A DNA stretch of 64,000 bases from Trueperaceae bacterium (GCA_965213705.1 OZ243913.1:3552001-3616000), one strand, 5' to 3'. Counted from the first letter of the stretch, positions 30,915 to 41,297 are shown. Made by a program: numbers and translations. The notes: generated from the sequence alone by a model not told the origin.

Positions 30915-31514
30915 TTAAGTAAGCAGCTCGGACAGCGTTTCCGGCAACCACGCCCGCCTTACCTCGGCAAAAGCTCGCGGCGCAACCATGTCGAACAGTC
31001 CGTAGGATTGACGGTTCAGGTACTCGTCGCCTTCGGGCTCGGTATACACCTCGAGGCGCTTGTCTTTGAGGTTAACTATCCAATACTCACGAATCCCGTG
31101 CCGCGCGTACAGGGCGAGCTTTAACGTGCGGTCTTTCAGCAAAGTGCTGTCAGAAACCTCGATGAGCAGGAAAACGTCTTCCGGATGGGGATGGTCCGGG
31201 TACACTTTTTCGGGGTCGGCGACCAACATGACGTCCGGCTCCGGCAAATCTTTGTCAGTCACAGCGGATGATAAACGTAGTGGGCTCTGCACGACGACCT
31301 GAGCGTGTTCACTGAAAGCGGCGCTCATACGTCTGTTCAAGTGCGCCACGGCCGCGGCGTGCGGCGGGTTGACGGTCATGACGACGAGACGACCTCCCAA
31401 AAGTTCGACGCGCTTGTCTCCCAACACGCCCGCCCGCTCGAGTTCGAGCAGGTCTCGGTAGGTGAACTCGAGCAAGTCCAGCGCCGGTTCCGTTTTGAGT
31501 TGCTTTAGAGCCAT
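30915..31514 (-). CDS. Uma2-family endonuclease-fold protein
   Basis: RVELLGG, PEPDV, LIEVSDSTL..DR..KL.LYA..GIREYWIV. Confidence 0.92.
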   Translation of the reverse strand: MALKQLKTEPALDLLEFTYRDLLELERAGVLGDKRVELLGGRLVVMTVNPPHAAAVAHLNRRMSAAFSEHAQVVVQSPLRLSSAVTDKDLPEPDVMLVADPEKVYPDHPHPEDVFLLIEVSDSTLLKDRTLKLALYARHGIREYWIVNLKDKRLEVYTEPEGDEYLNRQSYGLFDMVAPRAFAEVRRAWLPETLSELLT

Positions 31515-31588
31515 CGTCACACTATGTTAGCGCACAAGCTTGAATCAACAGCGTAAAACGAGCGGCGCTTTCCATCTTCAGTCTCGAT

Positions 31589-32356
31589 TTACCGCGCCGT
31601 CCACCCCAAATCCATCGTCGCCACCGACCCGGTAATGCTCCAAGCCTCTGCCGACGCCAAGAACGCCGCGTAGTTGCCGACGTCTTCGGGCTCGAGCATT
31701 CTTTTAATCGCCACGTTCTCCAAGAAAACTCGCTGCTCGACCTCGTCCGGGCGGATGCCGCGGGTGCGCGCCTGGTCGGCAATTTGCTTTTCGACGAGCG
31801 GCGTGCGCACGTAGGCCGGGCAAATCGTGTTGCAGGTGAGGCCGTGCTCGCCGCCCTCGAGCGCCGTCACGCGCATCAGGCCGAGCAGCCCGTGCTTCGC
31901 CGTCACGTAAGCCGCCTTGAACGGGCTGGCCGTGAGGCTGTGGGCGCTGCCGATGTTGATGACGCGCCCCTGACCGGAGCGGATGAGATGCGCCCAGGCG
32001 TACTTGGTGAGCAAAAACGGTGCGGTGAGCATGAGAGAGAGCATCGTGTCCCAAGTGTCCTCCGGAAACTCGGGCAGCGGGTCCAGGTGCTGAAAGCCGG
32101 CATTGTTGACGAGGATGTCGAGGCCGCCGAAGGCTTCAACCGTCGCCTCGACCGCTTTTTTACACTCTTCACGTTTCGTCAGGTCGGCTTTGACGAAGTT
32201 TCCGCCGATGGCAGTGGCAACCTCTTCACCTGTCTCGCTCACGTCGGCAATCACGACCCGGCAACCCTTGGCGGCCAAAGCCTCGGCGCAGGCCCGGCCG
32301 ATGCCGCTCGAGCCGCCGGTCACGAGCGCGACACGTTTTTCGGTTTCGCTACTCAC
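31589..32356 (-). CDS. 3-hydroxybutyrate dehydrogenase (SDR)
   Basis: [53 protein letters not shown]. Confidence 0.9.
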   Translation of the reverse strand: MSSETEKRVALVTGGSSGIGRACAEALAAKGCRVVIADVSETGEEVATAIGGNFVKADLTKREECKKAVEATVEAFGGLDILVNNAGFQHLDPLPEFPEDTWDTMLSLMLTAPFLLTKYAWAHLIRSGQGRVINIGSAHSLTASPFKAAYVTAKHGLLGLMRVTALEGGEHGLTCNTICPAYVRTPLVEKQIADQARTRGIRPDEVEQRVFLENVAIKRMLEPEDVGNYAAFLASAEAWSITGSVATMDLGWTAR

Positions 32357-32453
32357 GTCTTCCTCCTACTTCAAAAAACACGGTTTGGCGCTACTATACC
32401 GAGTTGGATTACCCGAGTTGACTGTAAGCTACCCTGAACGAAACGGAGCTTTT

Positions 32454-33530
32454 ATGAACCCGACGCAATCTCCCGAACCTCGAGCCACGCCCGCCGAACT
32501 GGGCTTCGCCTTTCCCGCCGAGTGGACGCCGCACGCGGCCACCCTGATGGGTTGGCCCTTCGACCCCGACTATTGGGAAGGCCACCTGGACGCGGCGCGC
32601 GAAGACTTTACCCGGCTCGTTGCGACGATTGCGCGCTTTGAAAAAGTGCTGCTCGCCGTGGTCGACGACGAGGCCGAGGCGGACGCGAAACGCCGCCTCG
32701 GGGCAACGCCGGGCGGGTTGGACAACATCGAGTTCTACCGGCTCGACCTGAACGACGTGTGGTTCCGGGACATTGCGCCGCTGTTCGTCAATAACAGTGC
32801 AGGCAAGCTTGCCGCGACCGACTGGCGCTTCAACGGCTGGGGCGGCAAGTACCGCTGGCGCAAGGACGACGAAGTGCCGGAAATCGTGGCCGACCGGCTC
32901 GAGATGCGCCGCTTCGAAGTGCCGATTGTGATGGAAGGCGGGGCGCTCGAGTTCAACTCGAACGGCACCCTCCTCACCACGCGGCAGTGTTTGCTGAACC
33001 CAAACCGCAACCCGAACTTGAGCGAGCAAGAGCTGGAAAACTACCTGAAAACCTACCTCGGCGCCAAACATGTTTTGTGGTTGAACGAAGGGCTCGAGGG
33101 CGACAAGACCGACGGGCACGTCGACACGATTACCCGCTTTACGAATGACGACACGATTGTCACCTCGGTCTGTGAAGACGTGACCAACACAAACCATGCG
33201 CCCATGCAAGAAAACCTCACGCTTTTGAAAGCTGCGCGGCAGCCGAACGGCGAGCCCTACAAAATTGTGGAGTTGCCGCTACCGAAAAAGCGGCTCGAGC
33301 TTGGCGGCAAACGCCTGCCGCTGACCTACGCGAACTTTTACGTCGGCAACGGTTTCGTGGTGGTGCCTGTCTACGACGACGCGAACGACGAACGGGCGCT
33401 CGACATTTTGCGCCCCCTGTTTCCAGGGCGCGAGGTCATCGGGTTGCCGTCGCTCGGGCTCATCACGGGCGGCGGCTCGTTTCACTGCGTCACCCAGCAA
33501 GTTCCCGAAGGAGACCCTTACCGTGGCTAA
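32454..33530 (+). CDS. aguA: agmatine deiminase
   Basis: FPAEW, DVWFRD, FNGWG, EGG, TDGHVD, YANFY, GGGSFHCVTQQ. Confidence 0.93.
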   Translation: MNPTQSPEPRATPAELGFAFPAEWTPHAATLMGWPFDPDYWEGHLDAAREDFTRLVATIARFEKVLLAVVDDEAEADAKRRLGATPGGLDNIEFYRLDLNDVWFRDIAPLFVNNSAGKLAATDWRFNGWGGKYRWRKDDEVPEIVADRLEMRRFEVPIVMEGGALEFNSNGTLLTTRQCLLNPNRNPNLSEQELENYLKTYLGAKHVLWLNEGLEGDKTDGHVDTITRFTNDDTIVTSVCEDVTNTNHAPMQENLTLLKAARQPNGEPYKIVELPLPKKRLELGGKRLPLTYANFYVGNGFVVVPVYDDANDERALDILRPLFPGREVIGLPSLGLITGGGSFHCVTQQVPEGDPYRG

Positions 33531-34443
33531 CCTACCCGAGCGCGACACCCTGCCCAAACTCGAGAACAAAAACACCGTCAAGCTCGCCGTGGTGCAGATG
33601 AGTTGTACCGACGAACTCGAGCCCAACGTCGAAAAAGCCGTCCAGAAAGTGCGCGAGGCCGCCGCGAATGGCGCGAACATCGTGCTGCTGCAAGAGCTGT
33701 TCGAAAACCTGTACTTTCCGCAGCTCGAGATAGACCCTTACTTTTCGTTGGCCCACCCGGTCGAAGGACATCCGTTTTTGGGCAGGTTTCAAGACCTCGC
33801 GCGTGAACTCAATATCGTGTTGCCCATCTCGTTTTTCGAACACGCCGGCCAAGCCTACTTCAACAGCCTCATGATGATAGACGCGGACGGCGCGCCCTTG
33901 GGCGTGTACCGCAAAAGCCACATTCCCGACGGACCCGGCTACGAAGAGAAATTTTACTTCAACCCCGGCGACACGGGTTTCAAGACTTGGCGGACGAAGT
34001 TTGGCAACATCGGCGTGGGCGTGTGTTGGGACCAGTGGTTTCCGGAGTGCGCGCGGGCGATGGCGCTGCAAGGGGCCGACTTGCTGCTCTACCCCACCGC
34101 CATCGGCTCGGAACCGTTCGACTCGAGCGTGGCCGACGTCGACACCAAAGACATGTGGCAGCGCGCCATGCTCGGGCACGCAGTCTCGAACCTGTGCTAC
34201 TTGGCCGCCGCCAACCGCGTCGGCACCGAGGCCGACACCGTCTTTTACGGCAGCTCGTTCATCAGCGACTACAAAGGCGAAAAGCTCACCGAGGCCGACC
34301 GAGAGAGCGAGACGATTCTCTACGCCGACTTAGACTTCGCTAAGGCCAAAAGTTTCCGGGCGGGCTGGGGTTTTTTCAGGGACCGCAGGCCCGAGCTGTA
34401 CGACGTGTTGCTGACGCTGGACGGGCAGGTTAAGACAGGCTAG
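33523..34443 (+). CDS. aguB: N-carbamoylputrescine amidase
   Basis: LQELF, YRKSHIPDGPGYEEKFYF, CWDQWFPE, YPTAIGSEP; coupled to aguA. Confidence 0.94.
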   Translation: MANLPERDTLPKLENKNTVKLAVVQMSCTDELEPNVEKAVQKVREAAANGANIVLLQELFENLYFPQLEIDPYFSLAHPVEGHPFLGRFQDLARELNIVLPISFFEHAGQAYFNSLMMIDADGAPLGVYRKSHIPDGPGYEEKFYFNPGDTGFKTWRTKFGNIGVGVCWDQWFPECARAMALQGADLLLYPTAIGSEPFDSSVADVDTKDMWQRAMLGHAVSNLCYLAAANRVGTEADTVFYGSSFISDYKGEKLTEADRESETILYADLDFAKAKSFRAGWGFFRDRRPELYDVLLTLDGQVKTG

Positions 34444-35168
34444 CGGCTTGAAGGTGCCTCGGATAAGGTAAAATGCGCACCCTCAACCTCGGAGGAGCGA
34501 ATCTCTTGTGACCTCTCGAGCATCCGCTTGTCTGCAGAGTAGGCTCTGACGCTGACCCAATACTCCACATTTGGAACAAGCTCGACATCAGCCTCAAACG
34601 TATACGTTGTTGCCGTCGTAGCAAACACGCTGCCACCCTCACCGACGCGCCACAGCACAGCTTCGTAAAGTTCGGCTTCCGGCACTGAGTTCCAAACAAT
34701 GCTGACGGCTGCCGTCGTAGCGCTTTGCACGGTCAAGCCAGTTACAAAGTCCAAGTATTTGCTTCCATCAATCGTAACGGTTTCCGTGTAAGTCCGGCCT
34801 AAAAGCTCGAGGGTGGCGGTGTATTGCCCGGAGGCGACGCCACCACCAGTACTGGCGCTCGCTCCCTCTGCGTAAAGTGGCGTGTTTTCTGGCGTAAAAG
34901 TTACCCTATCCGTTTCGAGCACCTGTTTATTGGGGGCAATCAAGCTAAGAGAACCGTCAGCAGGCTGCTGTAAACCCGTTACCTCGCCTTCAACTTTGTA
35001 CCAGTAGCCCTGCAACACACCCAGCTCATCGCTCGATTGATAAGTGCCAAAGCCCGTAGCAAAGTTGACGTTGAAAGTGGAAGGGTCACTACAGGCCGCC
35101 AACACCAAAAACAAAGCTCCTATGAAAATGCACTTTACAACGCTGGCGGCACGGCTCGGCAAGTTCAT
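34440..35168 (-). CDS. lipoprotein with C-terminal fibronectin type III-like domain
   Basis: GGAGGAG RBS, lipobox LAAC, VTGLTV...IVWNSVP.A..Y...L.PNVEYWVSVRA; lower GC. Confidence 0.72.
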   Translation of the reverse strand: MNLPSRAASVVKCIFIGALFLVLAACSDPSTFNVNFATGFGTYQSSDELGVLQGYWYKVEGEVTGLQQPADGSLSLIAPNKQVLETDRVTFTPENTPLYAEGASASTGGGVASGQYTATLELLGRTYTETVTIDGSKYLDFVTGLTVQSATTAAVSIVWNSVPEAELYEAVLWRVGEGGSVFATTATTYTFEADVELVPNVEYWVSVRAYSADKRMLERSQEIRSSEVEGAHFTLSEAPSSR

Positions 35169-35262
35169 AAACTCCTCCTGGACTGTCTGGTTTCCAGAAA
35201 GCATATCACCGTAGATTGGAGCACTACTAGGTGCTATTCCTTCAAAACCTCGAGCCCGAACC

Positions 35263-37941
35263 TTAAAACACCGGCCCCACCCGGAAACTGAACACGCCGC
35301 CCGGATGGCGTTCGCTGAAACCGTAGTCGAAGCGTAACGGGAAAAAGCCGAGGGCCGTAAAGCCCAGGTTAATCTGAACGCCGACGCCCGCGCCTGCAAA
35401 GACGGGCGCGCTGTAGTCGTTGAAGCCGGGTACCGAAGACGCGTAGCCGACGTCCACAAACACGATGCCGATAAGGGTCTGGGTAGCGACCGTGCTCAGC
35501 CCGAAGTCATAGCGGTATTCCACGCTGCCGACGGCGTAGGCTTGCGCGGGGTTGAAATCCTCTTTGCCGTAGCCCCGAATGAGCGTACCCTCGCTCAGGG
35601 TTTGACCGACCCGGAAATACTTGTCGACCGGATAGTCGCCGCCGAACTGGTAACCCACATTGAGCTTGGCGGCGAACACGTGGTTGGTGTCGGTGACGGC
35701 CGGAACCAGGTCGGACAGGGCGAGGTAGCTTTTCACGCCGAACTCCAAAGGAAAGTAGGTGTAGCCCTGCTGTTGGTTCGTGTCGGGGTTGCGGTAGTCG
35801 TTGCCGAACCCTATGCCGACGCTCCCGCTGGCCGCCACGCCGCGCCTGGGAAAGTCAAAGTTGTCGCGGTTGTCGAACACGATGGTCGCGTCCACCGCGG
35901 CCGACAAACCGCTTTGCGGCAGATTTATCCGGGCTTGGTCGACGGGCAAGGTGCAGCTAGGGGGCAGCTCACCCTCCTCGGTCAGGGTGCAGTCCCCGGC
36001 CGGCTCGAGCAAGTACGCCGAATAAGTCCCGCGCGCCGCGACGCGCAACGTGGTGTCGGGGAATATCCGCCGCCCGACACCGAAGCCCAAACCGCTGTCG
36101 CGCCGCGTGTACTCGCCGACAAACACCCGCTCGCTCGGGTCGCAACTGTTGTCCGCGCGCTGGACCGGGTCCAGACACACTTGTATCTGGCCGTCCGCGG
36201 TGAGCGACTTGTTCGTCTCGACGGTGCTGAACAGCGAGCCCGACAAGGACGTGGGCACTTCTTTGAAGTCCAACAGGTCGATGTAAAGCCAGGGAACCGA
36301 GTAACTCACGCTGGCCCCGACCTGAAAGCCCACGTCCGAGGTTTGCGCGGTCGCTTCGGCGTTGAAGGTGTGGGCGCGGCCTAAAAAGTTGGTGTCGCCG
36401 AAACTCACCGCGGCCGAAAAGCCCTTCAAGGTGTCGTACTGCAACCCCGGCTGAAAGTTGCCGGTACGCAGTTCGCGTACAACGACGTTGACGATGACCT
36501 CGTCGGGTTGGTCGGCGGGCTCGAGCGGCCGGCCCAGGGGTTGTAGGGCGCCGGCGCGCGCCACGTTGCGCAGACCGTTGTCGATGTCGTTGAAGTTCAC
36601 GACGCTGCCTATGACGGGTAAGTTGCGCGTGACGACGAAGTCCTTAGTGCGGTGACTTTCGTTTTCGAACGTCACTTTGTACCCGGCTATCTTGAGTTCG
36701 GTCACGCGCTGGACGTAAACCCCGTCGAGGTAGTTGAAGTTCGGATTCGTCGCGACGGCGTAACCCCGGTCGACGTACAGCTGCACGATGTTGGCGAAGT
36801 CCTCTGCAGCCAGCGTCGAGGTGAAGGTGTCCCCTTCTCGAAGCTTTAAAACCTCCAGCAAGTCCTCGGTCGGCACGACGGTGTTTCCCTCAATTTGCAC
36901 CGCGTCGACGGGTCCGGCGGTCTCGGGCGGGCCGGTGCGGAAGGTGATGCGCACGTCGCCCGAACTCAAAATGAGCGGCGGCTGTTGAATAGCGATGTCG
37001 GTGGTGCGGCCCTGCGCCAAACGGCGGACGTCTTCGAGAAGCGTGTCGTAGTTGTAAAGGTCGCCGGCCTGAAGCGTAAACTGCCCTGGGTCGACCCCGA
37101 TGGCGGTCGTGTCGTAGCTGCCGACACGCAGTTCGCGAACATCCACGCTCAAGGTGCCGTCGTTCAGCCGGGTCGCGTCCGTGTTCACCCGGCTGTCCCG
37201 GTAACCCAAGTCGTTGTAGCGTTGGTCGACCTCTTGGACGGCTGTCAAATAACTTTGGATGTTGAAAACCCTGGCCCGCTCGAGCGGTCTGAAAATTCCC
37301 TCCAGCGTGTCTTCGTCCAGCACGGTGTTGCCCGTAAACACGACGTCCGTGAGCGGCGCGTCTTCGGTGACGGTGTAGGTTATTTTGACCGGCGGCTCTT
37401 CGCCCGCCGCCCGCGCCTCGGGCGTGGCGGCGTCCGGCAGCGGCGCAACGTCCAGCGTGACCGGCACGTCGAAAGGAAACCCGTTCTGCCGGTAGACGCG
37501 CTGCAGGGTCGCCACGGCGTCTTGCGCCTGGTCGGTGTTGAACAAGTTGCCGGGCGTAAGGAGGTGGGCCTCGGTGATAATCTGCTTGAGCCGCTCGGGG
37601 TCGGCGATGTTGACGCCCTCTAACTCGACCTCGCCGATGCGCGGGTTCTCGACCACGGTGACGAACAGGATGGGGCCGCTGCCCCGGTCTTCCAAACTCA
37701 CCGTCACGGACGCGTAACTGCCTATCGAATAGACCAAGTTGCGCTCCGTTTCTAGGTTGATTTGTTCGGCCGGGACGCCGGGCCGGGCGACCAAAAAGGT
37801 GCGAATCAAGTCCTGGTTGCTGGTCGCCCCGACGATGCGAATTTCTTGCAAAGGCCCCGAAACGGTCGGTGCCTGGGCGAAAACGGCGGACACAAAAAGG
37901 GGACAAAACAGCCAAAGAAGTAAAAATCGTCTTGAAAACAT
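35263..37941 (-). CDS. bamA: BamA/Omp85 outer-membrane protein assembly factor
   Basis: multiple POTRA repeats (VENPRIGEV, FTGNTVL, IEGNTVV), IRGY, C-terminal FSFRVGPVF. Confidence 0.9.
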   Translation of the reverse strand: MFSRRFLLLWLFCPLFVSAVFAQAPTVSGPLQEIRIVGATSNQDLIRTFLVARPGVPAEQINLETERNLVYSIGSYASVTVSLEDRGSGPILFVTVVENPRIGEVELEGVNIADPERLKQIITEAHLLTPGNLFNTDQAQDAVATLQRVYRQNGFPFDVPVTLDVAPLPDAATPEARAAGEEPPVKITYTVTEDAPLTDVVFTGNTVLDEDTLEGIFRPLERARVFNIQSYLTAVQEVDQRYNDLGYRDSRVNTDATRLNDGTLSVDVRELRVGSYDTTAIGVDPGQFTLQAGDLYNYDTLLEDVRRLAQGRTTDIAIQQPPLILSSGDVRITFRTGPPETAGPVDAVQIEGNTVVPTEDLLEVLKLREGDTFTSTLAAEDFANIVQLYVDRGYAVATNPNFNYLDGVYVQRVTELKIAGYKVTFENESHRTKDFVVTRNLPVIGSVVNFNDIDNGLRNVARAGALQPLGRPLEPADQPDEVIVNVVVRELRTGNFQPGLQYDTLKGFSAAVSFGDTNFLGRAHTFNAEATAQTSDVGFQVGASVSYSVPWLYIDLLDFKEVPTSLSGSLFSTVETNKSLTADGQIQVCLDPVQRADNSCDPSERVFVGEYTRRDSGLGFGVGRRIFPDTTLRVAARGTYSAYLLEPAGDCTLTEEGELPPSCTLPVDQARINLPQSGLSAAVDATIVFDNRDNFDFPRRGVAASGSVGIGFGNDYRNPDTNQQQGYTYFPLEFGVKSYLALSDLVPAVTDTNHVFAAKLNVGYQFGGDYPVDKYFRVGQTLSEGTLIRGYGKEDFNPAQAYAVGSVEYRYDFGLSTVATQTLIGIVFVDVGYASSVPGFNDYSAPVFAGAGVGVQINLGFTALGFFPLRFDYGFSERHPGGVFSFRVGPVF

Positions 37942-38251
37942 AGGGCAGTTTACCTAACGCGAGGTGAGAACGGGCGAAGAGAAAGCTCGAGCAACATGAA
38001 GGAGCGTTTAGACTTTTGTCACCCCGCGCGTCACGCCCCTCGGCTGGGCGCAGTACGCACCGAGTCGAAAACAAGGGCGCTTTTACTCGGCTTTAGTCTT
38101 TAACTTTCTGTAATACGGGTTCCGGTTACTACAGCTCCCCTTGGAGAGTTGTTCACTTCCTTGTCGCCGGTCCGTATTTTTTCTCGCTCTGCTCGTGTTT
38201 AATTCCCTCGGAATGAAACGGAAGGGGTATAAGCCCTGTTATCATGGCGTC

Positions 38252-39079
38252 ATGACTACCGTCTCCCCCGCTTCCGCAGGCCTCGAAAAAGCGCTCGACG
38301 TTTTAAAACAAGCAACGCCTTTTCGTCCCGAGGTCGCCGTTATTTTGGGCTCGGGCTTGGGGCCGTTGGCCGACGAAATAGAGCAAGTAGCGTCTCTGTC
38401 TTTCAAAGACATTCCCGGCTTTACAGCCAGCAGCGCGCCCGGTCACGCCGGCCGGATGGTGTTCGGGACGCTCGCAGGCAAAAACGTCGTCGCCCTGCAA
38501 GGGCGCGTGCACTACTACGAGGGTGTCAGCGCGGCCCAAAACGTTTTTCCGGTACAGACTATGCACGCCCTCGGCGCGCAGAGTTTGCTGGTGAGCAACG
38601 CCTGCGGCGGGCTCAACCCGGCCTGGCAAGCGGGCGACGTTATGCTGCAGCTCGACTTTATAAACTTTACGGGCGACAACCCGCTTATCGGCGAGAACGA
38701 CCCCGCGGGCGAGCGCTTTCCGGTCATGTTCGACTGTTACGACCCAGGCTACCAAGAAGGGGCTCGAGCGGTCGCCAGGGCCCTGGACATCCCCCTAAAA
38801 GAGGGCGTCTACTTAGCCATCAGCGGCCCGAGCTACGCCACGCGCGCCGAGCTGCGCATGTTCCGCGCCTGGGGCGCGGACGCTATCGGCATGTCGACCG
38901 TGTTCGAGGTCATCAAGGCGCGGCACTTAGGGATGCGCGTGTTGGGCTTGTCGGTCGTGACCGACATGGCGATAGCCGACCGCAACGAGCACGCCACAGG
39001 CGACGAGGTCGTAAAAATGGCCGAAAAGTCCGGCGCGACTTTTCGGAAACTCGTCAAGGGCGTCCTGGAAAATATTTGA
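38252..39079 (+). CDS. purine nucleoside phosphorylase (trimeric PNP/xapA type)
   Basis: ILGSGLG, GHAG, QGRVHYYEG, SNACGG, GPSYAT, GMSTVFE. Confidence 0.94.
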   Translation: MTTVSPASAGLEKALDVLKQATPFRPEVAVILGSGLGPLADEIEQVASLSFKDIPGFTASSAPGHAGRMVFGTLAGKNVVALQGRVHYYEGVSAAQNVFPVQTMHALGAQSLLVSNACGGLNPAWQAGDVMLQLDFINFTGDNPLIGENDPAGERFPVMFDCYDPGYQEGARAVARALDIPLKEGVYLAISGPSYATRAELRMFRAWGADAIGMSTVFEVIKARHLGMRVLGLSVVTDMAIADRNEHATGDEVVKMAEKSGATFRKLVKGVLENI

Positions 39080-39089
39080 AGGTGTCTCG

Positions 39090-39527
39090 GTGAGCGAAAA
39101 GTTCAAAGTTTGCGTCAACGTACACGTTTTTTTCTTTAAAGAAAACGAGGTTTTGCTGCTGCGCCGCGCCAACACCGGTTACGAAGACGGCAACTACAGT
39201 GTGGTGGCGGGGCGCTTAGACGGCGACGAAACCGTTTGGGAAGCCGCCGCCCGCGAAGCGCTCGAGGAAGCCGGAGTCACGCCGACCAACCTACGCATCG
39301 CCAGCGTCATGCACCGTAAGGCGAACGACGAACGCATCGACTTTCTCGCAACGGCGACCTCGTGGTCGGGCGAAATCGTCAACGCAGAGCCCGACAAGTG
39401 CGACGACTTGAGCTGGTTTCCTCTCGCGGAGCTGCTAAACAACACCATTCCTTACGTTAAACAAGCGCTTCAAAATGTCCTGACAGAATGCCCCTTCGAC
39501 AGTTGCGGCTGGGACACTTGTGTTTGA
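39090..39527 (+). CDS. NUDIX hydrolase
   Basis: GRLDGDETVWEAAAREALEEAG Nudix box; NAEPDKC. Confidence 0.9.
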   Translation: MSEKFKVCVNVHVFFFKENEVLLLRRANTGYEDGNYSVVAGRLDGDETVWEAAAREALEEAGVTPTNLRIASVMHRKANDERIDFLATATSWSGEIVNAEPDKCDDLSWFPLAELLNNTIPYVKQALQNVLTECPFDSCGWDTCV

Positions 39528-40155
39528 GGAAGTTCAGGAGCGCATCGAAAGGGCCTGCGCTCGAGCCGGGCGCGACCCTGCCGAGGTTAAACTCGTCGCC
39601 GTCACCAAAGGGCACACGCCCGAGGAAATCCGTGAACACGTGCTGCGCCACGGCCACCGGGTGTTGGGCGAAAACCGCGTGCAGGAGTGGCAGGACAAGG
39701 CGGACGCGTTGGAAAACGCCGAGTGGCACTTTATCGGCAACTTGCAGCGTAACAAGGTCAAGTACTGCGAGGGCTTCGCCCTGATTCATTCGCTCAACTC
39801 ACAGCGCCTCGCCGACGAGTTACAAAAGCAAGGTAAAAAGCTCGAGCACACGTTTCGCGCGCTCGTCGAGGTCAACGTCGCGGGCGAGGAGAGCAAACAA
39901 GGTATCGAAGTAGCAGCGGCCGAAGACCTCGTTCACTACGCCTCTTCCCTCAGCTTTGTAAAGGTCGAAGGGCTCATGACCATCGCGCCTTACGGCGACC
40001 CGCCCGAGCAAACTCGGAAATATTTTATAAAGCTTCGTGAGTTGCGTGATAAACTGGGTCTCACGGCGTTGTCGATGGGCATGAGCGGCGACTTCGAAGT
40101 CGCCGTCGAAGAAGGCGCGACGCTCCTCCGCATCGGCTCGGCACTGTTTACATGA
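39520..40155 (+). CDS. yggS: pyridoxal phosphate homeostasis protein
   Basis: LVAVTK, GENRVQE, WHFIGNLQRNK, LSMGMSGDF. Confidence 0.96.
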   Translation: MFEEVQERIERACARAGRDPAEVKLVAVTKGHTPEEIREHVLRHGHRVLGENRVQEWQDKADALENAEWHFIGNLQRNKVKYCEGFALIHSLNSQRLADELQKQGKKLEHTFRALVEVNVAGEESKQGIEVAAAEDLVHYASSLSFVKVEGLMTIAPYGDPPEQTRKYFIKLRELRDKLGLTALSMGMSGDFEVAVEEGATLLRIGSALFT

Positions 40156-40216
40156 CTCGGTTTACATGACTCGGCTTACATAATTCGGTTCAGATGATTC
40201 GGCTTACGTGACGGGA
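40147..40216 (+). repeat. five degenerate 14-bp tandem repeats
   Basis: TTTACATGACTCGG x2, CTTACATAATTCGG, TTCAGATGATTCGG, CTTACGTGACGGGA. Confidence 0.85.
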
Positions 40217-40277
40217 TTCGCAGACTGACGCTCCGAAGCACTTCCTCAGCACCTCAACAAGAAACGCGAGGCCAGGC

Positions 40278-40769
40278 ATGAAATTCAGTCCGCTCGACAT
40301 CCAGCACATGGAATTCGGCAACGCCCTGAACGGGTACACCAAAAATCAGGTGCGAGATTTTTTGGAAAAGTTAGCCGAACAGACCGAGGACCTGCTCCGC
40401 GAGCAGCAACGCCTGCACGACGAACTTTCCAAGCGCGAACGCCGCATCGAAGAGTTGCAGAGCGCCGAACTGGAACTCAAGCGCGCGGTCATCGCCGCCG
40501 AGCGAATAGGCAACGAGATGAAGCAAAACGCCAAACGTGAAGCGCAACTTCTCCTCAAGGACGCCGAAAACAGCCGCGACGACATGGTGCGCGAGGCCCA
40601 AGCGCGCGTCAAGGAACTGAACAACGACTTAAACCGCTTGGAAAGGGAGCGCGACTTGTTCCGCGAGCAGTTCCGCGGCATGTTGCAAGCGTTCGAGCGC
40701 AGCCTCGACATCGCCCCCAAACCGGCTCGCAGCGACCGCCCCCAACGCCCCCAGGTAGAAACGACGTAA
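40278..40769 (+). CDS. divIVA: DivIVA-domain protein
   Basis: SPLDIQHMEF...NGY...VRDFL followed by coiled coil; downstream of yggS. Confidence 0.9.
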   Translation: MKFSPLDIQHMEFGNALNGYTKNQVRDFLEKLAEQTEDLLREQQRLHDELSKRERRIEELQSAELELKRAVIAAERIGNEMKQNAKREAQLLLKDAENSRDDMVREAQARVKELNNDLNRLERERDLFREQFRGMLQAFERSLDIAPKPARSDRPQRPQVETT

Positions 40770-40823
40770 AGGGAAAAAGTACCGAGTACCGAGTGCAAAG
40801 AGGTTTTGATTGGTCCTCCCCTT

Positions 40824-41273
40824 TTAGGGAAGGTGGCCCTGTGGGCCGGAGGGGTCGGCTCGAGCCAGCGCCTCTTCCAGCGTCGCCCAGGGCAGCGCCG
40901 CGCACTTTACGCGGGCGTGCAGTTTGGAAATCCCCTGCAGCGTTTTGAGGTCGCCGAGCGTGTCGGCCACGCCGTCGCCGTGCAGCATCGCTTTGAAGTC
41001 CTGCGACAAGGCAAACGCTTCCGTGACCGTTTTACCCTTGACCGCTTCGGTCATCATCGAGGTGCTCGCCTGGCTGATGGCGCAACCCTCGCCGACAAAT
41101 TTGACGTCCGCGACGACGCCGTCTTTAAGCACCAAGAACAGCTCCAACTCGTCCCCGCAAGACGGGTTGACGCCGGCGCGCGACACGGTCGCTCCGGCAA
41201 GCTGACCTCGGTTGCGCGGGCGTTTGTAGTGCTCGAGAATGATTTCTTTGTAGAGGTTGTCCAGAAAAGACAT
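40824..41273 (-). CDS. sufU: SUF-system NifU/SufU Fe-S assembly protein
   Basis: LYKEIILEHY, NPSCGD, GCAISQAS, RVKCA. Confidence 0.94.
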   Translation of the reverse strand: MSFLDNLYKEIILEHYKRPRNRGQLAGATVSRAGVNPSCGDELELFLVLKDGVVADVKFVGEGCAISQASTSMMTEAVKGKTVTEAFALSQDFKAMLHGDGVADTLGDLKTLQGISKLHARVKCAALPWATLEEALARADPSGPQGHLP

Positions 41274-41297
41274 GACAACAGCTTAAACGAACACCGC

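Noticed and set aside
40147..40216. Possible CRISPR array
   Set aside because: Units are 14 bp, directly adjacent, without unique spacers, and no cas genes are present.
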